A DNA stretch of 36,397 nt from an uncultured Tissierella sp. (GCA_964482775.1 CAYZZR010000001.1:1-36397); one strand, 5' to 3'; counted from the stretch's first letter, positions 16,162 through 27,598 are shown. Notes: generated by a model not told the origin, from the sequence alone. Translations and numbers: made by a program.

Positions 16162-18424
16162 CAGATCTCTCCTTATAATTATCTTCTTCTAAGTCTTCCT
16201 TAGTCAACAGCACTTTTCTGGGTTTACTACCTTCATATCCTCCTATAACGCCTCTTTCTTCCATCTCATCAACGATTCTAGCAGCTCGAGCATAGCCAAC
16301 TTTTAGCCTTCTTTGTAACATAGAAATTGAGGCTTGACCTTCATCAACTACCAATTTTATAGCATCTGGAAGCAGCTCATCACTATCTATAAAGTCAATT
16401 TCAGCTGTATTTTGTACAACTTCAATAATATCTTCATCATAATTAGTAATATTTTGATCCTTTAAAAAACTCACTACATTTTCTACTTCTTCTTCACTAA
16501 TAAATGCTCCCTGCAATCTAACAGGTTTTGAATAGAAAGAAGGGTAGAATAGCATATCGCCTTTTCCTAATAATTTTTCCGCACCAGACATATCTAGAAT
16601 AGTTCTCGAGTCAATTTGTGAAGAAACTGAGAAGGATATTCTACTTGGAATATTAGCTTTTATTGTACCAGTTATTACATCTACTGATGGTCTTTGAGTA
16701 GCAACTATTAGGTACATTCCAGCAGCTCTTGCCATTTGTGCTAATCTACATATATAATCTTCTATCTCTTGAGCAGCAACCATCATTAAATCAGCTAATT
16801 CATCTATTATAATGACTATTTTCGATAATCTTTCTTCTTGAGAATCTGCTTTTTTAGCATTATATGAGGTTATATCTCTAACACTGCTTTGAGCAAATAA
16901 TTTATATCTTTTTTCCATTTCAGTAACTGCCCAGTTTAAGGCAAATGAAGCTTTCTTTGCATCAGTTACAACTGGGATTAGCAAATGAGGAATGCCATTA
17001 TATACACTTAATTCTACTACCTTTGGATCAATTAATAGTAATTTTACATCCTCTGGGGAAGATTTGTATAAGATGCTCATTATAATAGTATTTATACAAA
17101 CACTTTTACCGGAACCTGTAGCACCAGCTATTAAGAGATGAGGCATTTTATCAATTGTAGATACAATAGGCTTTCCAGATACATCCTTACCTAATGCAAG
17201 GGGTATATCTGAACCTATATTTATATATTCCTTAGATGATAAAATATCATTCAATAATACATTCTCTTTTGATTTGTTTGGAACTTCTATTCCAACAGCT
17301 GATTTCCCTGGAATTGGTGCTTCAATTCTTATATCAGATGAGGCTAAGCTTAATGCAATATTATCAGATAGAGAAACAATTCGACTTAGTTTTATTCCAG
17401 GAGCTGGTGACAGTTCATAACATGTAATTGTAGGTCCTTTATTAATATTTGATATAGTTGCATCTATTCCAAAATTTTTCATTGTATCTTCAATAATTTT
17501 TGCGTTGTTTAATATTTCTTTTTTATCACTTCTATCTGAGCCATTAGTTTGTGCTTTTAGTAAATTTGTTGGTGGTATTTTGTATAGAACATTCTGCATG
17601 TTTTTTTTGTCCTTTATTTCTGATTCAATAGTTAAAGCAGCATCTTTTATTTGATTATCAGTTAATTTTTCTTTAGGAAGTTCTTTTGTATTTAAACCTA
17701 AATTATTCTTGGAGTAATCATGAATTTGTATTTCTTCTTTGTTTTTGATTTGATTTGATGCTAATTTGATATCATTTTTATTTTCTTCAACCTTAAATTC
17801 TAATAGCTCATCTGGATTATGAATTTTTCTTATATTTTGTTTTTTTGTGGATGTACTTTGTTTTTTTTCAGTTTTAATCTCAGTAGCCTTACTTATTAAA
17901 TCTTTAACTTTGGCATTTGTTAGTATTAGTAAACATATTGATATTAGTGCAGATAGAACTATATACGTACCAATAGAGCCAAATAATTTATAGAAAAAAT
18001 ATCCGAAAAAGCTGCCAACTACTCCACCACCCTTGTTCATAGTAGATAGTAACATACCATTTTGAATTCTAGCGATTAGTCCACTAGTACTAGAGTTTAT
18101 TCCATCTAATACAACTAATAAGCTAAGGAAAATCACTATTGTTGCAATAAAGGGTTTAAGACCAGATTTATCAAATCTATCTAGAATAAAAATGCAGCCT
18201 GTCCCAATGATAAACAGAGGAAAAAAATATCCTCCGAATCCTAAAAGTGAGAAAGTTGTACCATTTATAATTTGGCCTACTAAGCCCATTTTTGTACTAA
18301 ACAAACTTAAAAGTGTTATTAATCCTAAGGATATAATAATCACTCCAATAATATCTTTATTATATTCCTTTTTTACTGTTTTATTATTAATAGTTTTTTT
18401 TGTCTTTTTCTTGCTTTTATTCAT
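16154..18424 (-). CDS. ftsK: DNA translocase FtsK/SpoIIIE
   Basis: N-terminal TM helices, RIEAPIPGK, Walker A GATGSGKS, IIDELADLM, ATQRPSVDV, gamma domain QRRLKVGYARAAR; start ATG 18424 behind SD GGGGTG. Confidence 0.96.
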   Translation of the reverse strand: MNKSKKKTKKTINNKTVKKEYNKDIIGVIIISLGLITLLSLFSTKMGLVGQIINGTTFSLLGFGGYFFPLFIIGTGCIFILDRFDKSGLKPFIATIVIFLSLLVVLDGINSSTSGLIARIQNGMLLSTMNKGGGVVGSFFGYFFYKLFGSIGTYIVLSALISICLLILTNAKVKDLISKATEIKTEKKQSTSTKKQNIRKIHNPDELLEFKVEENKNDIKLASNQIKNKEEIQIHDYSKNNLGLNTKELPKEKLTDNQIKDAALTIESEIKDKKNMQNVLYKIPPTNLLKAQTNGSDRSDKKEILNNAKIIEDTMKNFGIDATISNINKGPTITCYELSPAPGIKLSRIVSLSDNIALSLASSDIRIEAPIPGKSAVGIEVPNKSKENVLLNDILSSKEYINIGSDIPLALGKDVSGKPIVSTIDKMPHLLIAGATGSGKSVCINTIIMSILYKSSPEDVKLLLIDPKVVELSVYNGIPHLLIPVVTDAKKASFALNWAVTEMEKRYKLFAQSSVRDITSYNAKKADSQEERLSKIVIIIDELADLMMVAAQEIEDYICRLAQMARAAGMYLIVATQRPSVDVITGTIKANIPSRISFSVSSQIDSRTILDMSGAEKLLGKGDMLFYPSFYSKPVRLQGAFISEEEVENVVSFLKDQNITNYDEDIIEVVQNTAEIDFIDSDELLPDAIKLVVDEGQASISMLQRRLKVGYARAARIVDEMEERGVIGGYEGSKPRKVLLTKEDLEEDNYKERSDD

Positions 18425-18470
18425 GTACAGCACCCCATATATTTTTTAAAATATCGCCCATATCTGTATT

Positions 18471-18499
18471 ATTATAGCATATTCAGGGTTCATTTTCAT
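18471..18499 (-). promoter_or_regulatory. SigA-type promoter of ftsK
   Basis: ATGAAA-17 nt-TATAAT with extended -10 TG. Confidence 0.6.
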
Positions 18500-19197
18500 T
18501 ACTTCTTTTCTATCATATTGTTTAGCTTAGATAGTGCAAAAGAAAAGTCTCCTATTTCGTCGATTAGTCCATACTCCTTTGCTTCATTTCCTACTAAAAT
18601 TGTTCCGATATCATTGGCTAATTGATCTGTTGCATACATTAAACTAAGCAACCGTTCTTCACTGATATTTGATGTTCTCAGTATAAAATCATTTATTCTT
18701 TGCTGCATTTTTTGAAAATATCTAAATGTCTGTGGAACCCCTATGACTAATCCTGTAGTTCTTATTGGATGTATAGTCATTGTTGCAGATGGTACAATCA
18801 CTGAAAAGTCAGTAGAAGTTGCTAATGGTACCCCAATACTATGTCCGCCTCCTAATACTAAAGAGACCTTAGGCTTTTTTATTCCATGTATCATTTCTGA
18901 TAATGCAAGTCCAGCCTCTACATCACCTCCGATAGTATTGAGAATAATAAAAATACCTTCTATACCTGGATCTTCTTGACAATTAATAAGAATAGGAATA
19001 ATATGTTCATATTTTGTAGTTTTTTTATCGGATGGTGCAATAAAATGTCCTTCTATTTCACCAATTAATGAGATAAATTGTATGTTTTTTTTATATCCAA
19101 CATGGCCAGGAATTCCAAAATCCTTGATATTCTGGTTTATATCTTGATTATCATTCTCGTCAGTTGACTCATTATCTTTTTCTATATCTTCATTCAT
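18499..19197 (-). CDS. tepA: ClpP-like protease TepA/YmfB
   Basis: KTTKYEHIIP, LNTIGGDVEAGLA, GGGHSIGVP, TIHPIR; upstream of ftsK/spoIIIE as in Bacillus. Confidence 0.9.
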   Translation of the reverse strand: MNEDIEKDNESTDENDNQDINQNIKDFGIPGHVGYKKNIQFISLIGEIEGHFIAPSDKKTTKYEHIIPILINCQEDPGIEGIFIILNTIGGDVEAGLALSEMIHGIKKPKVSLVLGGGHSIGVPLATSTDFSVIVPSATMTIHPIRTTGLVIGVPQTFRYFQKMQQRINDFILRTSNISEERLLSLMYATDQLANDIGTILVGNEAKEYGLIDEIGDFSFALSKLNNMIEKK

Positions 19198-19256
19198 TAC
19201 TAAGCCTCCTAATCTTTTATCCTTATTAGCATTCGCTCTATTTAATAAATTATGCT

Positions 19257-19289
19257 AAAAAAACATAATCAATGTAATGATTATGTTTT
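19257..19289 (-). terminator. Terminator after the PRC-barrel gene
   Basis: 12-bp arms AAAACATAATCA / TGATTATGTTTT with T tract on the minus strand. Confidence 0.65.
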
Positions 19290-19316
19290 AAGGAAGCTCA
19301 TATTTAATATATCTTA

Positions 19317-19559
19317 TTAATAATCTAACTCTACAATTATCATATCGTAACCTATTTTTCGTATGGAATCCCAAGGGATATCCATGGAATTTTTTTCAAC
19401 TCCAAAAAGTTTTAAGGTAAATCTTCTATCTGGGACTAGTAGACTAATTATTTTACCAGAGTCTTCATCTATAACTAAGTCAGAATCTGATAAGATTCCT
19501 AATCTTCCTCCACTATTCAAATTTACTAGTTCTTTTTCTCCTAGCTCACTTAGTCTCAT
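19317..19559 (-). CDS. YlmC/YmxH family PRC-barrel sporulation protein
   Basis: MRLSELGEKELVNL..GRLG..DLVIDE..G.I..IPWDSIRKIGYDMIIV. Confidence 0.92.
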   Translation of the reverse strand: MRLSELGEKELVNLNSGGRLGILSDSDLVIDEDSGKIISLLVPDRRFTLKLFGVEKNSMDIPWDSIRKIGYDMIIVELDY

Positions 19560-19625
19560 AATATCACCTCATATATTATTAGCTATTCAATCAAAAAAAT
19601 CAACTTAATCATATATCATTATTTA

Positions 19626-19653
19626 AATATATGTTTTTAAAAATATATTATGA
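19626..19653 (-). promoter_or_regulatory. Candidate SigE-type promoter
   Basis: TCATAAT-13 nt-CATATATT upstream of the ylmC/ymxH-like gene; very AT-rich context, so a chance match is possible. Confidence 0.4.
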
Positions 19654-19682
19654 TATCATTTATGATAATATTTTATTAGATA

Positions 19683-20114
19683 CTAAACTCCAGTATGACC
19701 AAATCCGCCTGAACCCCTATTAGTATCATCTAAATTTTCAACAAGTTCAAACTCAATTTGCTCATATCGAGCCAAAACTAACTGAGCGATTCTATCCCCA
19801 TTATTTATAATAAATTCTTCATGACCTAAATTTATTAAAATGACCTTTACTTCACCCCGGTAATCACTGTCGATAGTTCCAATTCCATTTGCCAAAGTAA
19901 TACCATTATTTATAGCTAGTCCACTTCTTCCTCGGATTTGCCCTTCATATCCCCTTGGAATTGAAAGAAATAAACCAGTTGGTATTAATGATCTTTCCAT
20001 TGGTTTTAAGACTACTGAAGACTCAAGAGAAGCCTTTAAATCAATTCCTGCTGAACCATTTGTCTTGTATTCGGGTAAAGGCATCTTACTTGCATTAATT
20101 ACTTGTATTTTCAT
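19683..20114 (-). CDS. dut: Trimeric dUTP diphosphatase
   Basis: AGIDL, RSGLA, GTIDSDYRGE, GDRIAQL, RGSGGFGHTG. Confidence 0.97.
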   Translation of the reverse strand: MKIQVINASKMPLPEYKTNGSAGIDLKASLESSVVLKPMERSLIPTGLFLSIPRGYEGQIRGRSGLAINNGITLANGIGTIDSDYRGEVKVILINLGHEEFIINNGDRIAQLVLARYEQIEFELVENLDDTNRGSGGFGHTGV

Positions 20115-21399
20115 CATTACACCTCATCTTAAATATTTGTTTTATTTCTATTTCCTTTTTAGTTGAATCTTTTAAATCTCCTACATAAGCAATATTTAAT
20201 TTGTCTTTATTTAATATTAAATTAATTACTCTTTCAATATCATCCATAGTGACGCTATCTATTTTTTCTAGTGTTTCTTGAGGGGTTTCTATTCTATTTA
20301 ACAATGACATGGATTTTCCCATTTCAAACATTCTACTAAAGGTACCTTCCATACCTAAAATGAAATTGCCTTTCAATTGCTCTTTTGATTTCCTTAACTC
20401 TTCTTTAGTAATTAGGTTTTTTTTCATAATATCTATTTCTTCATCTATTAGTTTCATAACCTTAATTAAACCATCCGAGTTTAAACCTGCATAAATTGAA
20501 AAGACTCCAGTATTATCATAGGTAGAAAGGTGTGAATCGATAGCATAAACTAAGCCTCTGTCCTCTCTAATTTTCTGAAATAGTCTAGAACTCATGCTTC
20601 CACCAAATATGTTATTGAAAACAAGTATTGGCTGAATATCCTCTGATATATTTTTAACTCCTTCAAGGCCTAAACAAACATTCAGTTGCTCAATATTTTT
20701 CTTAATACCTTTTATTTTATTCTTAAAAACATGATTTTCAATTGTTTTTTCAGTTACGAGATTTGAATTTTTATTGAAATTTCCAAAGTAAAACTCTAAT
20801 TGTTTAATTACTTCATTGGTATCAAACTTTCCTGCTATTGAGATTACCATATCTTTAGGATTATAATTGTTATAGAAATAATCTAAAATATTCTCCCTAT
20901 CTAAATTTGCTATACTATTTTCTGTACCTAATATAGGCAATTGTAAACTTGTATCTTCAAACATTAAATCATTCAAGAGCTCAAATACTAAATCATCAGG
21001 TGTATCTTGATACATATTAATCTCTTCTATTATTACTCCCTTTTCTTTCTCTATTTCCTCACTAAGATATTGAGAATTATTTAACATATCACTTAGAACA
21101 TCCATTGCTATTGGTAAATGCTGATCTAATACTTTTGCAAAATAACAAGTTTGCTCTTTCCCTGTAAATGCGTTAAGTTGTCCACCTATATCATCAATTG
21201 ATTCAGCTATTTGCTTTGGAGATCTATTATGGGTTCCTTTGAAAAGCATATGTTCAATAAAATGTGAAACACCATTATTAAATTTATTTTCTCTAACAGA
21301 GCCATTATTTACTATTAATCCTATAGTTACTGAATTGACATAATCAATTTTCTCCATTACTACTTTAATTCCGTTATCTAGTTTTTCAATAATGTACAT
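20095..21399 (-). CDS. M16 family zinc peptidase (MlpA-like)
   Basis: Inverted zinc motif HFIEH, NAFT, EEI, GGSMSSRLFQKIRE.RGLVY. Confidence 0.93.
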   Translation of the reverse strand: MYIIEKLDNGIKVVMEKIDYVNSVTIGLIVNNGSVRENKFNNGVSHFIEHMLFKGTHNRSPKQIAESIDDIGGQLNAFTGKEQTCYFAKVLDQHLPIAMDVLSDMLNNSQYLSEEIEKEKGVIIEEINMYQDTPDDLVFELLNDLMFEDTSLQLPILGTENSIANLDRENILDYFYNNYNPKDMVISIAGKFDTNEVIKQLEFYFGNFNKNSNLVTEKTIENHVFKNKIKGIKKNIEQLNVCLGLEGVKNISEDIQPILVFNNIFGGSMSSRLFQKIREDRGLVYAIDSHLSTYDNTGVFSIYAGLNSDGLIKVMKLIDEEIDIMKKNLITKEELRKSKEQLKGNFILGMEGTFSRMFEMGKSMSLLNRIETPQETLEKIDSVTMDDIERVINLILNKDKLNIAYVGDLKDSTKKEIEIKQIFKMRCNDENTSN

Positions 21400-21415
21400 C
21401 ATTACCTCCGAAATG

Positions 21416-22123
21416 TTATTCTATCACATCACTTATTGTACCAATTATATATCCTTTTTGGAATAGGCTATTTATTATTTCTGGTAGTGCTTTTACAGTA
21501 TTTGCTGTAGGATGCATTAACACTATTGCTGATTCATCAGCTTTAGTAATTACTCTATTAATGATAAGTTCCTTTGTACTATCCTCTCTCCAATCTATGG
21601 TATCTATACTCCAGAGAATAAACTTTTGCTTTAAATCCTTAGCTGCTTGTAATGTGTATTTATTAAATGCTCCAGATGGTGGTCCAAAAAGATTGGTATC
21701 AAATCCTGTAATATCTTTTAGTATATTATTTGCTTTGCTAATTTCTTCAATATTTGAATTATAGTCCAATTTACTATAATCTAAATGCTTATAACCATGA
21801 TTGCCGATTTCATGGTTATAACTTTGAATTAATCTTACAAGTTCTGGATTTTTTTCAGCCCATTGACCTGTTATAAAAAATGAAATTCTGATATCATTTT
21901 CACTAAATATATCAAGCATCTCTTGTATATATTCATTTCCCCAATCAACATTGCACACAAAGGCAATTACTTTTTCTTTCTTACTTCCTTTATAATAAAT
22001 ATCTTCATTGAAGACTTCTTTACTACTTTTGATCATAGTAAAAAGGAATAAACTTAATATTAATACTAAGATAAATATAAAAATTACAATTAGCATTTTT
22101 TTATTTATTATCAATAACTTCAT
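21416..22123 (-). CDS. Polysaccharide deacetylase family protein (YlxY-like, membrane anchored)
   Basis: N-terminal TM, NVDWG, GNHGYKH, FGPPSG, WSIDTIDW, LMHP; directly after pnp. Confidence 0.9.
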   Translation of the reverse strand: MKLLIINKKMLIVIFIFILVLILSLFLFTMIKSSKEVFNEDIYYKGSKKEKVIAFVCNVDWGNEYIQEMLDIFSENDIRISFFITGQWAEKNPELVRLIQSYNHEIGNHGYKHLDYSKLDYNSNIEEISKANNILKDITGFDTNLFGPPSGAFNKYTLQAAKDLKQKFILWSIDTIDWREDSTKELIINRVITKADESAIVLMHPTANTVKALPEIINSLFQKGYIIGTISDVIE

Positions 22124-22182
22124 ATATAATCCCTCCTATTATTCTTTCTTAATATATATATTCATAGGAAGTTTTTATATAC

Positions 22183-22213
22183 AAAAAATAAAACATGAAC
22201 CAATTGGTTCATG
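22183..22213 (-). terminator. Terminator after pnp
   Basis: Palindrome CATGAACCAATTGGTTCATG followed on the minus strand by TTTTATTTTTT. Confidence 0.8.
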
Positions 22214-22224
22214 CATTAGAAAAT

Positions 22225-24321
22225 TTATTCTTCAATTTTGGGTTCATCATTTAAAAGGGCTTTTCTTGAAAGATTTATTCTACCTTGATTATCTATTTCT
22301 AAAACCTTTACAAGAATTTCATCTCCAATTGATACTACATCTTCTACCTTTGCTACTCTATCTTTAGCTAATTGAGATATGTGAACAAGGCCTTCTTTGC
22401 CATTTAATACATCTACAAAGGCACCAAAAGTAGTAACTCTTGTGACTTTGCCTAAATAAATGTCTCCAGCTTCCACTTCTTTCACAATATTTGTTATTAA
22501 TTCAATTGCTTTTGCACCACCTACTGAATCTACTGCTGCTATAGATACTTTACCTTTATCATCAATATCAATTTTAACTCCAGTTTCATCAATTATCTTA
22601 TTGATAACTTTTCCACCTGGTCCTATAATATCTCTGATTTTATCCGGATTTACTTGCATCGTATAAATTCTTGGAGCATAAGGTGATAAATCTTCTCTAG
22701 GTGTAGTCATTGTTTCTGCCATCTTATCTAGTATAAATAATCTACCTATTCTAGCTCTTTCTAATGCTTCTACTAATATAGGTTCATCTATACCTGCAAT
22801 CTTTATATCCATTTGGATAGCTGTAATACCATCTTTAGTACCTGCCACTTTAAAGTCCATATCTCCTAAATGATCTTCCATACCTTGTATGTCAGAAAGA
22901 ATAGCTACTTTATCATCAGTTTTAATTAATCCCATTGCTATACCAGCTACAGGAGCTTTAATTGGGACTCCAGCATCTAATAAAGCTAAGGTACTACCAC
23001 AAACACTTGCTTGTGAAGATGAACCATTAGAGCTTAATACTTCTGAAACCAATCTTATAGTATAAGGAAAATCATCTACTGACGGTATAACAGGCTCCAA
23101 TGCTCGTTCAGCTAAAGCACCATGACCAATTTCTCTTCTACCAGGTCCTCTTACTGGTCTTGTTTCTCCAACAGAATAAGGTGGAAAATTATAGTGATGC
23201 ATATATCTTTTAGATTCATCATCACCTAAACCATCAATAATTTGAACATCACTAGATGCTCCTAAGGTTGCGATAGTTAATACTTGAGTCTGACCTCTAG
23301 TAAACAAACCAGATCCATGTGTTCTTGGTAAAATACCTACATCAGTAGTAATCTTACGAATTTCATCAGGTTTTCTATTGTCAGGTCTAAGGCTTTCTTC
23401 TAGAATCAATCTTCTTACTTCATCTTTTATTATATTTTCAATAGTTTCATTTATATCCTTGTTCATTTCTGGATACTTTTCTAAGAAGACTTCATTTATT
23501 TCTGAAGATACAAGAGTTATTTTTTCTTCTCTTTCTTGTTTTTCTACAGTATTTATAGCATTAACCAATTTTCCTGTTCCATAGGCCCTTACTTCAGCTT
23601 CTAATGTTTCATCAGGCTTGAATACAACAAATTCAGTCTTTTCTTTACCACATTCTACTTTTATACTTTCAATAAAATCACATATTTTCTTTATTTCTTC
23701 ATGTGCAGCTAGTATTGCATTTAACATTACCTTTTCAGATACTATATTTGCAGCTGCCTCAACCATCATAATTGCATCTTTAGTTCCAGATACTGTTAGA
23801 TTTATATCTGACTTATCTCTATCTTCAACATTAGGATTGACTATTAATTTACCATCTATCAAACCCATTTGTACTGAACCAGTAGGTCCATTAAATGGAA
23901 CATTTGATATCGATAATGCAATTGATGAACCTATCATTGCAGTTATTTCAGGGCTATTGTCTTGATCAACTGACATAACTGTAGTAATAACTTGCACATC
24001 ATTTCTGTATCCATCAGGGAATAAAGGTCTAATTGGTCTATCTATTAGCCTAGATGTCAAAATTGCCTTTTCACTTGGTCTACCTTCTCTTTTAATAAAT
24101 CCCCCTGGTATTTTCCCTACTGAGTATAGTTTTTCTTCATAATCCACACTTAAAGGAAAAAAATCTATACCATCTCTAGGTTTTTTTGAAGCTGTAGCTG
24201 TAGCTAAAACTACGGTATCCCCATATTGAACTAAACAGGATCCTCCTGCTTGTTCAGCTACTTTACCTATAGTCACAACCAAATCTCTTCCAGCTAAGCT
24301 ATATGTGAATTTCTTTTCCAT
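22225..24321 (-). CDS. pnp: Polyribonucleotide nucleotidyltransferase
   Basis: [47 protein letters not shown] and S1 domains. Confidence 0.99.
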   Translation of the reverse strand: MEKKFTYSLAGRDLVVTIGKVAEQAGGSCLVQYGDTVVLATATASKKPRDGIDFFPLSVDYEEKLYSVGKIPGGFIKREGRPSEKAILTSRLIDRPIRPLFPDGYRNDVQVITTVMSVDQDNSPEITAMIGSSIALSISNVPFNGPTGSVQMGLIDGKLIVNPNVEDRDKSDINLTVSGTKDAIMMVEAAANIVSEKVMLNAILAAHEEIKKICDFIESIKVECGKEKTEFVVFKPDETLEAEVRAYGTGKLVNAINTVEKQEREEKITLVSSEINEVFLEKYPEMNKDINETIENIIKDEVRRLILEESLRPDNRKPDEIRKITTDVGILPRTHGSGLFTRGQTQVLTIATLGASSDVQIIDGLGDDESKRYMHHYNFPPYSVGETRPVRGPGRREIGHGALAERALEPVIPSVDDFPYTIRLVSEVLSSNGSSSQASVCGSTLALLDAGVPIKAPVAGIAMGLIKTDDKVAILSDIQGMEDHLGDMDFKVAGTKDGITAIQMDIKIAGIDEPILVEALERARIGRLFILDKMAETMTTPREDLSPYAPRIYTMQVNPDKIRDIIGPGGKVINKIIDETGVKIDIDDKGKVSIAAVDSVGGAKAIELITNIVKEVEAGDIYLGKVTRVTTFGAFVDVLNGKEGLVHISQLAKDRVAKVEDVVSIGDEILVKVLEIDNQGRINLSRKALLNDEPKIEE

Positions 24322-24405
24322 AGAATACCTCCTTTTGTAATAATATTTATTATATCCTAATCTCTTAAATACAATGTTTATTTATGTTATCTATTCTGTA
24401 TCGTC

Positions 24406-24439
24406 AAAAATAAACTAATAGAGCGGGTAAACCCGCTCT
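24406..24439 (-). terminator. Hairpin after rpsO (terminator or processing stem)
   Basis: AGAGCGGG-ttta-CCCGCTCT followed by T-rich ATTAGTTTATTTTT. Confidence 0.7.
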
Positions 24440-24441
24440 TA

Positions 24442-24708
24442 TTAACCCCTAATGCCTAATTTTTCAATTAAAGAACGATATCTTTCAATATCATTATTTT
24501 TTAAATACGTCATAAGGCCTCTTCTTTGTCCTACCATTTTTAATAATCCTCTTCTAGAATGATGATCCTTCTTGTGGGATTTTAAATGTTCATTTAGAGA
24601 ATTAATTCTGTAAGTCAAAAGTGCTATTTGCACTTCTGGAGAACCAGTATCCCCTTCATGTAATTTGTAATCACTGATAATTTGATCTTTTATTTCTTTT
24701 TCTAGCAT
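24442..24708 (-). CDS. rpsO: 30S ribosomal protein S15
   Basis: [32 protein letters not shown]; start ATG 24708 behind SD GGAGGTG. Confidence 0.98.
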   Translation of the reverse strand: MLEKEIKDQIISDYKLHEGDTGSPEVQIALLTYRINSLNEHLKSHKKDHHSRRGLLKMVGQRRGLMTYLKNNDIERYRSLIEKLGIRG

Positions 24709-24719
24709 ATTAAAATGCA

Positions 24720-24829
24720 CCTCCATATTTTTTGTACACCTAAAGCAAAGTAATCGCTGAGGAACGTAAAACTTAGCTTAAGGTAATCTTTAACATTATT
24801 ATTTTATCATACTAAAAAGAGTTTGTAAA
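24720..24829 (-). promoter_or_regulatory. rpsO promoter and structured leader (probable S15 autoregulatory RNA)
   Basis: TTTACA-17 nt-TAAAAT (extended TG) at 24829-24801; leader stem ACCTTAAGCTAAG...CTTTGCTTTAGGT at 24784-24738 ahead of the SD. Confidence 0.65.
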
Positions 24830-24832
24830 TAT

Positions 24833-25744
24833 TTATCTGTTTTTTACTCTAATAATGTCAGTATTAATCTGTTTTTTTAGTAACTCAATAGTATCAAATT
24901 TAATTTCTGGTCTTAAATATTCAATAAATTTCAATTCAACAATTTTTTCATATATATCAGCCTCAAAATCTATTATGTGGCTTTCAATCTTTATAGATTT
25001 TTCCTTGAAAGTTGGATTAAATCCTACACTTGTAGCACTTAGATATTTGATACCATCTACTAATGTCAAGGTACTATAAACACCATTTTTAGGTAATACA
25101 TAGTTAACATTAGGTTGTATATTTGCAGTTGGAAATCCTAATTTGTTTCCTATTTTCTTGCCTGGTACTACTTTTCCATAAATTGAATAATCCCTTGATA
25201 ACATAACTTTAGCATCTTCTAAATCACTATTAATCAAGGAATTTCTGATTCGAGTGCTACTTACTATTTCATTATTGTAATAAATAGGCTCAAATATTTT
25301 AACTTTTATTCCATATTCTTTGCCAATTTCTTGTAAAAGCTTAGAATCACCTGATGCCTTATGACCAAATCTATAATCGGTGCCTACAACAATTACTTTC
25401 ACCCTTAGTTTATTTACCAATATATCAGATACAAATCTTTTCGGAGATAGTTTCATGATATCTTCATTAAATTGCATGGAATAAACTGTATCAACACCTA
25501 AATCCATAATTAAATCCTTTTTTTGTTCTGGTGAGGTCAATAATCTAGGACCTACTCCGTCTAAAAAGGATTTAGTATGGTTTTCAAAGAGTAATATTGA
25601 TTTTCTTAACTTATTTTCATTTGCCATAGCTATCATTTCTAAGACCAATTTTTGATGGCCTATGTGTACTCCGTCGAAATTCCCTAAAGCAATTGCTGTA
25701 TTAAATCTCGTTTCAGTATAGTTTTCAACATTTATTGTTTCCAT
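24833..25744 (-). CDS. ribF: Bifunctional riboflavin kinase / FAD synthetase
   Basis: GNFDGVHIGH, VSSTRIR, GFPTAN, NPTF, IESHI. Confidence 0.97.
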   Translation of the reverse strand: METINVENYTETRFNTAIALGNFDGVHIGHQKLVLEMIAMANENKLRKSILLFENHTKSFLDGVGPRLLTSPEQKKDLIMDLGVDTVYSMQFNEDIMKLSPKRFVSDILVNKLRVKVIVVGTDYRFGHKASGDSKLLQEIGKEYGIKVKIFEPIYYNNEIVSSTRIRNSLINSDLEDAKVMLSRDYSIYGKVVPGKKIGNKLGFPTANIQPNVNYVLPKNGVYSTLTLVDGIKYLSATSVGFNPTFKEKSIKIESHIIDFEADIYEKIVELKFIEYLRPEIKFDTIELLKKQINTDIIRVKNR

Positions 25745-25752
25745 TATCTCAC

Positions 25753-26640
25753 CTATATTAGCACTTTATCCATTTTTAAATAAAGATTATTTTCTTTAGT
25801 TATAATTTTGCCTATTCCTATAAAATGATTCTTTGAATATACTCTGTATAATTTTTCAATGCAATCTATATAATCATTACCAATATCTAGTAAAACACCA
25901 TTTACCAGCTTTTTATATAAAACATCTGGAACAATAATATCATCCAAGTGTCCAATAGCCTTGTCCATTGGTGTAATTAAACTTACTATTTCATCTATAT
26001 TCAAAGAGTTTAGAAGGTCCATAGATAATGAATTATCTATACTGAATTTCCCGACCCCAGTCCTAATTAGATATGACATATACCCATAGGTACCTAAATC
26101 TTTACCAATATCATCACACAAAGTTCTAATATAGGTACCTCTAGAACATCTTGTATAGAAGATTATATCTCTATTTCTATAATTATTCAAAATCCGTAAA
26201 TCTTTAATATATACATCTCTAGATTTTCTATCAATGACTATTCCTTCACGAGCTAATTCATATAACTTTTTTCCATCTACCTTAAGTGCTGAATACATAG
26301 GTGGAATTTGTTTTATTTCACCTTTAAATTTTGTGAAGGAATTAATAATTTCGTCCTCATTTACCTCTTTTTCTGATGTGTTTATTACAATCCCATCAGA
26401 ATCTTGTGTGTCTGTGCCTATACCAAGTGTTAACTGGCCTATATATTCTTTGTCAACACCAAGTAGATACTCAGAAATCCTAGTACCTTTACCTATGCAA
26501 ATTGGTAACACTCCTGTTGCGTTTGGATCCAGTGTTCCAGTATGTCCTATCTTTTTGGTTTTAAGAAGTCTTCGGAAATAATAAACTGCATCATGAGAAG
26601 TCATTCCTTTTGGTTTGAAAAAATTAATTACTCCATCCAC
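25753..26640 (-). CDS. truB: tRNA pseudouridine(55) synthase
   Basis: KIGHTGTLDP, PPMYSALKVDGKKLYELAR, GTYIRTL. Confidence 0.98.
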   Translation of the reverse strand: MDGVINFFKPKGMTSHDAVYYFRRLLKTKKIGHTGTLDPNATGVLPICIGKGTRISEYLLGVDKEYIGQLTLGIGTDTQDSDGIVINTSEKEVNEDEIINSFTKFKGEIKQIPPMYSALKVDGKKLYELAREGIVIDRKSRDVYIKDLRILNNYRNRDIIFYTRCSRGTYIRTLCDDIGKDLGTYGYMSYLIRTGVGKFSIDNSLSMDLLNSLNIDEIVSLITPMDKAIGHLDDIIVPDVLYKKLVNGVLLDIGNDYIDCIEKLYRVYSKNHFIGIGKIITKENNLYLKMDKVLI

Positions 26641-26644
26641 TAGA

Positions 26645-27598
26645 TCACCACATTCTAATTATTTGCTCAACAACAAGTCTCTCAGCTTCATCGATGTCAG
26701 TAGTAATAGTACAACCTGCTGCACGTATATGACCACCACCATTAAATACAGAACTTATCTTTGCAACATCTACAAATGACTTACTTCTAAAACTTACCTT
26801 TATTTTGTTTTTTTCGACTTCCTTAAAAAGACAAGCTACTTCTACACTACTTATCTCTCTAACAAAATCAATAATCCCTTCACTATCCTCTAGGTTTGCA
26901 TTAGTGTTAGAAACCATATCCTGAGTAACTTTAATTGTAGCAATTTTATTATCATTAAAGGTTTTTAAGCTTGATAAAGAGCTTATAAATAAATTAGTTT
27001 TTTCAATACTTCTATTTTGGTATAGCCTTATATTTATATCTCCAACATTTATACCAGTTCTTATTAAATCAGCTATTATTTCGTGTGTCTTATCTGTAAC
27101 ACTATCATACATAAAACTGCCCGTATCAGTGCTTATTGCTGTATATAAACAAGTAGCCAAATCCTTGTCTATCTTAATTCCCATTTTATTTATTAAATCA
27201 TAAACAATCTCACCAGTAGCAGTAGCTCTATGATTTACAATATTGTAATCTCCAAATTTAGTATTACTTATATGATGGTCAATATTTATTACTGATTTTG
27301 CTTTTTCAATAATATATTTTGTTTTACCAAGTCTTTCTATATCACCGCAGTCAAGGACTATTAGCAATTCAATATCTTCCTTGCTTAAGTCCCTGATTTT
27401 ATCTGTGGCAGGTAGAAACATATAGTCCGATGGAGTTTCATCAGTTTTTATAATATGCACTTCTTTATCTAATTTACTTAAAGCTAGATAAAGAGCTGTT
27501 ATGGAACCAATATTATCCCCATCTGGACTTACATGTGAAGCTATAAAGATCTGGCTTGAACTCTTTATCTTATCTATAGCTTCATTAATCTTCAACAT
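26645..27598 (-). CDS. nrnA: DHH/DHHA1 oligoribonuclease / pAp phosphatase (NrnA-like)
   Basis: HVSPDGD, LDC, IDHH, TDTGSF, SFRS, GGGHIRAAG; exact start uncertain (27598 vs 27616). Confidence 0.88.
   Translation of the reverse strand: MLKINEAIDKIKSSSQIFIASHVSPDGDNIGSITALYLALSKLDKEVHIIKTDETPSDYMFLPATDKIRDLSKEDIELLIVLDCGDIERLGKTKYIIEKAKSVINIDHHISNTKFGDYNIVNHRATATGEIVYDLINKMGIKIDKDLATCLYTAISTDTGSFMYDSVTDKTHEIIADLIRTGINVGDINIRLYQNRSIEKTNLFISSLSSLKTFNDNKIATIKVTQDMVSNTNANLEDSEGIIDFVREISSVEVACLFKEVEKNKIKVSFRSKSFVDVAKISSVFNGGGHIRAAGCTITTDIDEAERLVVEQIIRMW

Noticed and set aside
19227-19255. SigF/SigG-like promoter GCATA...AATGCTA upstream of tepA
   Set aside because: Plausible given tepA biology, but spacing and -10 match are imperfect, so not called
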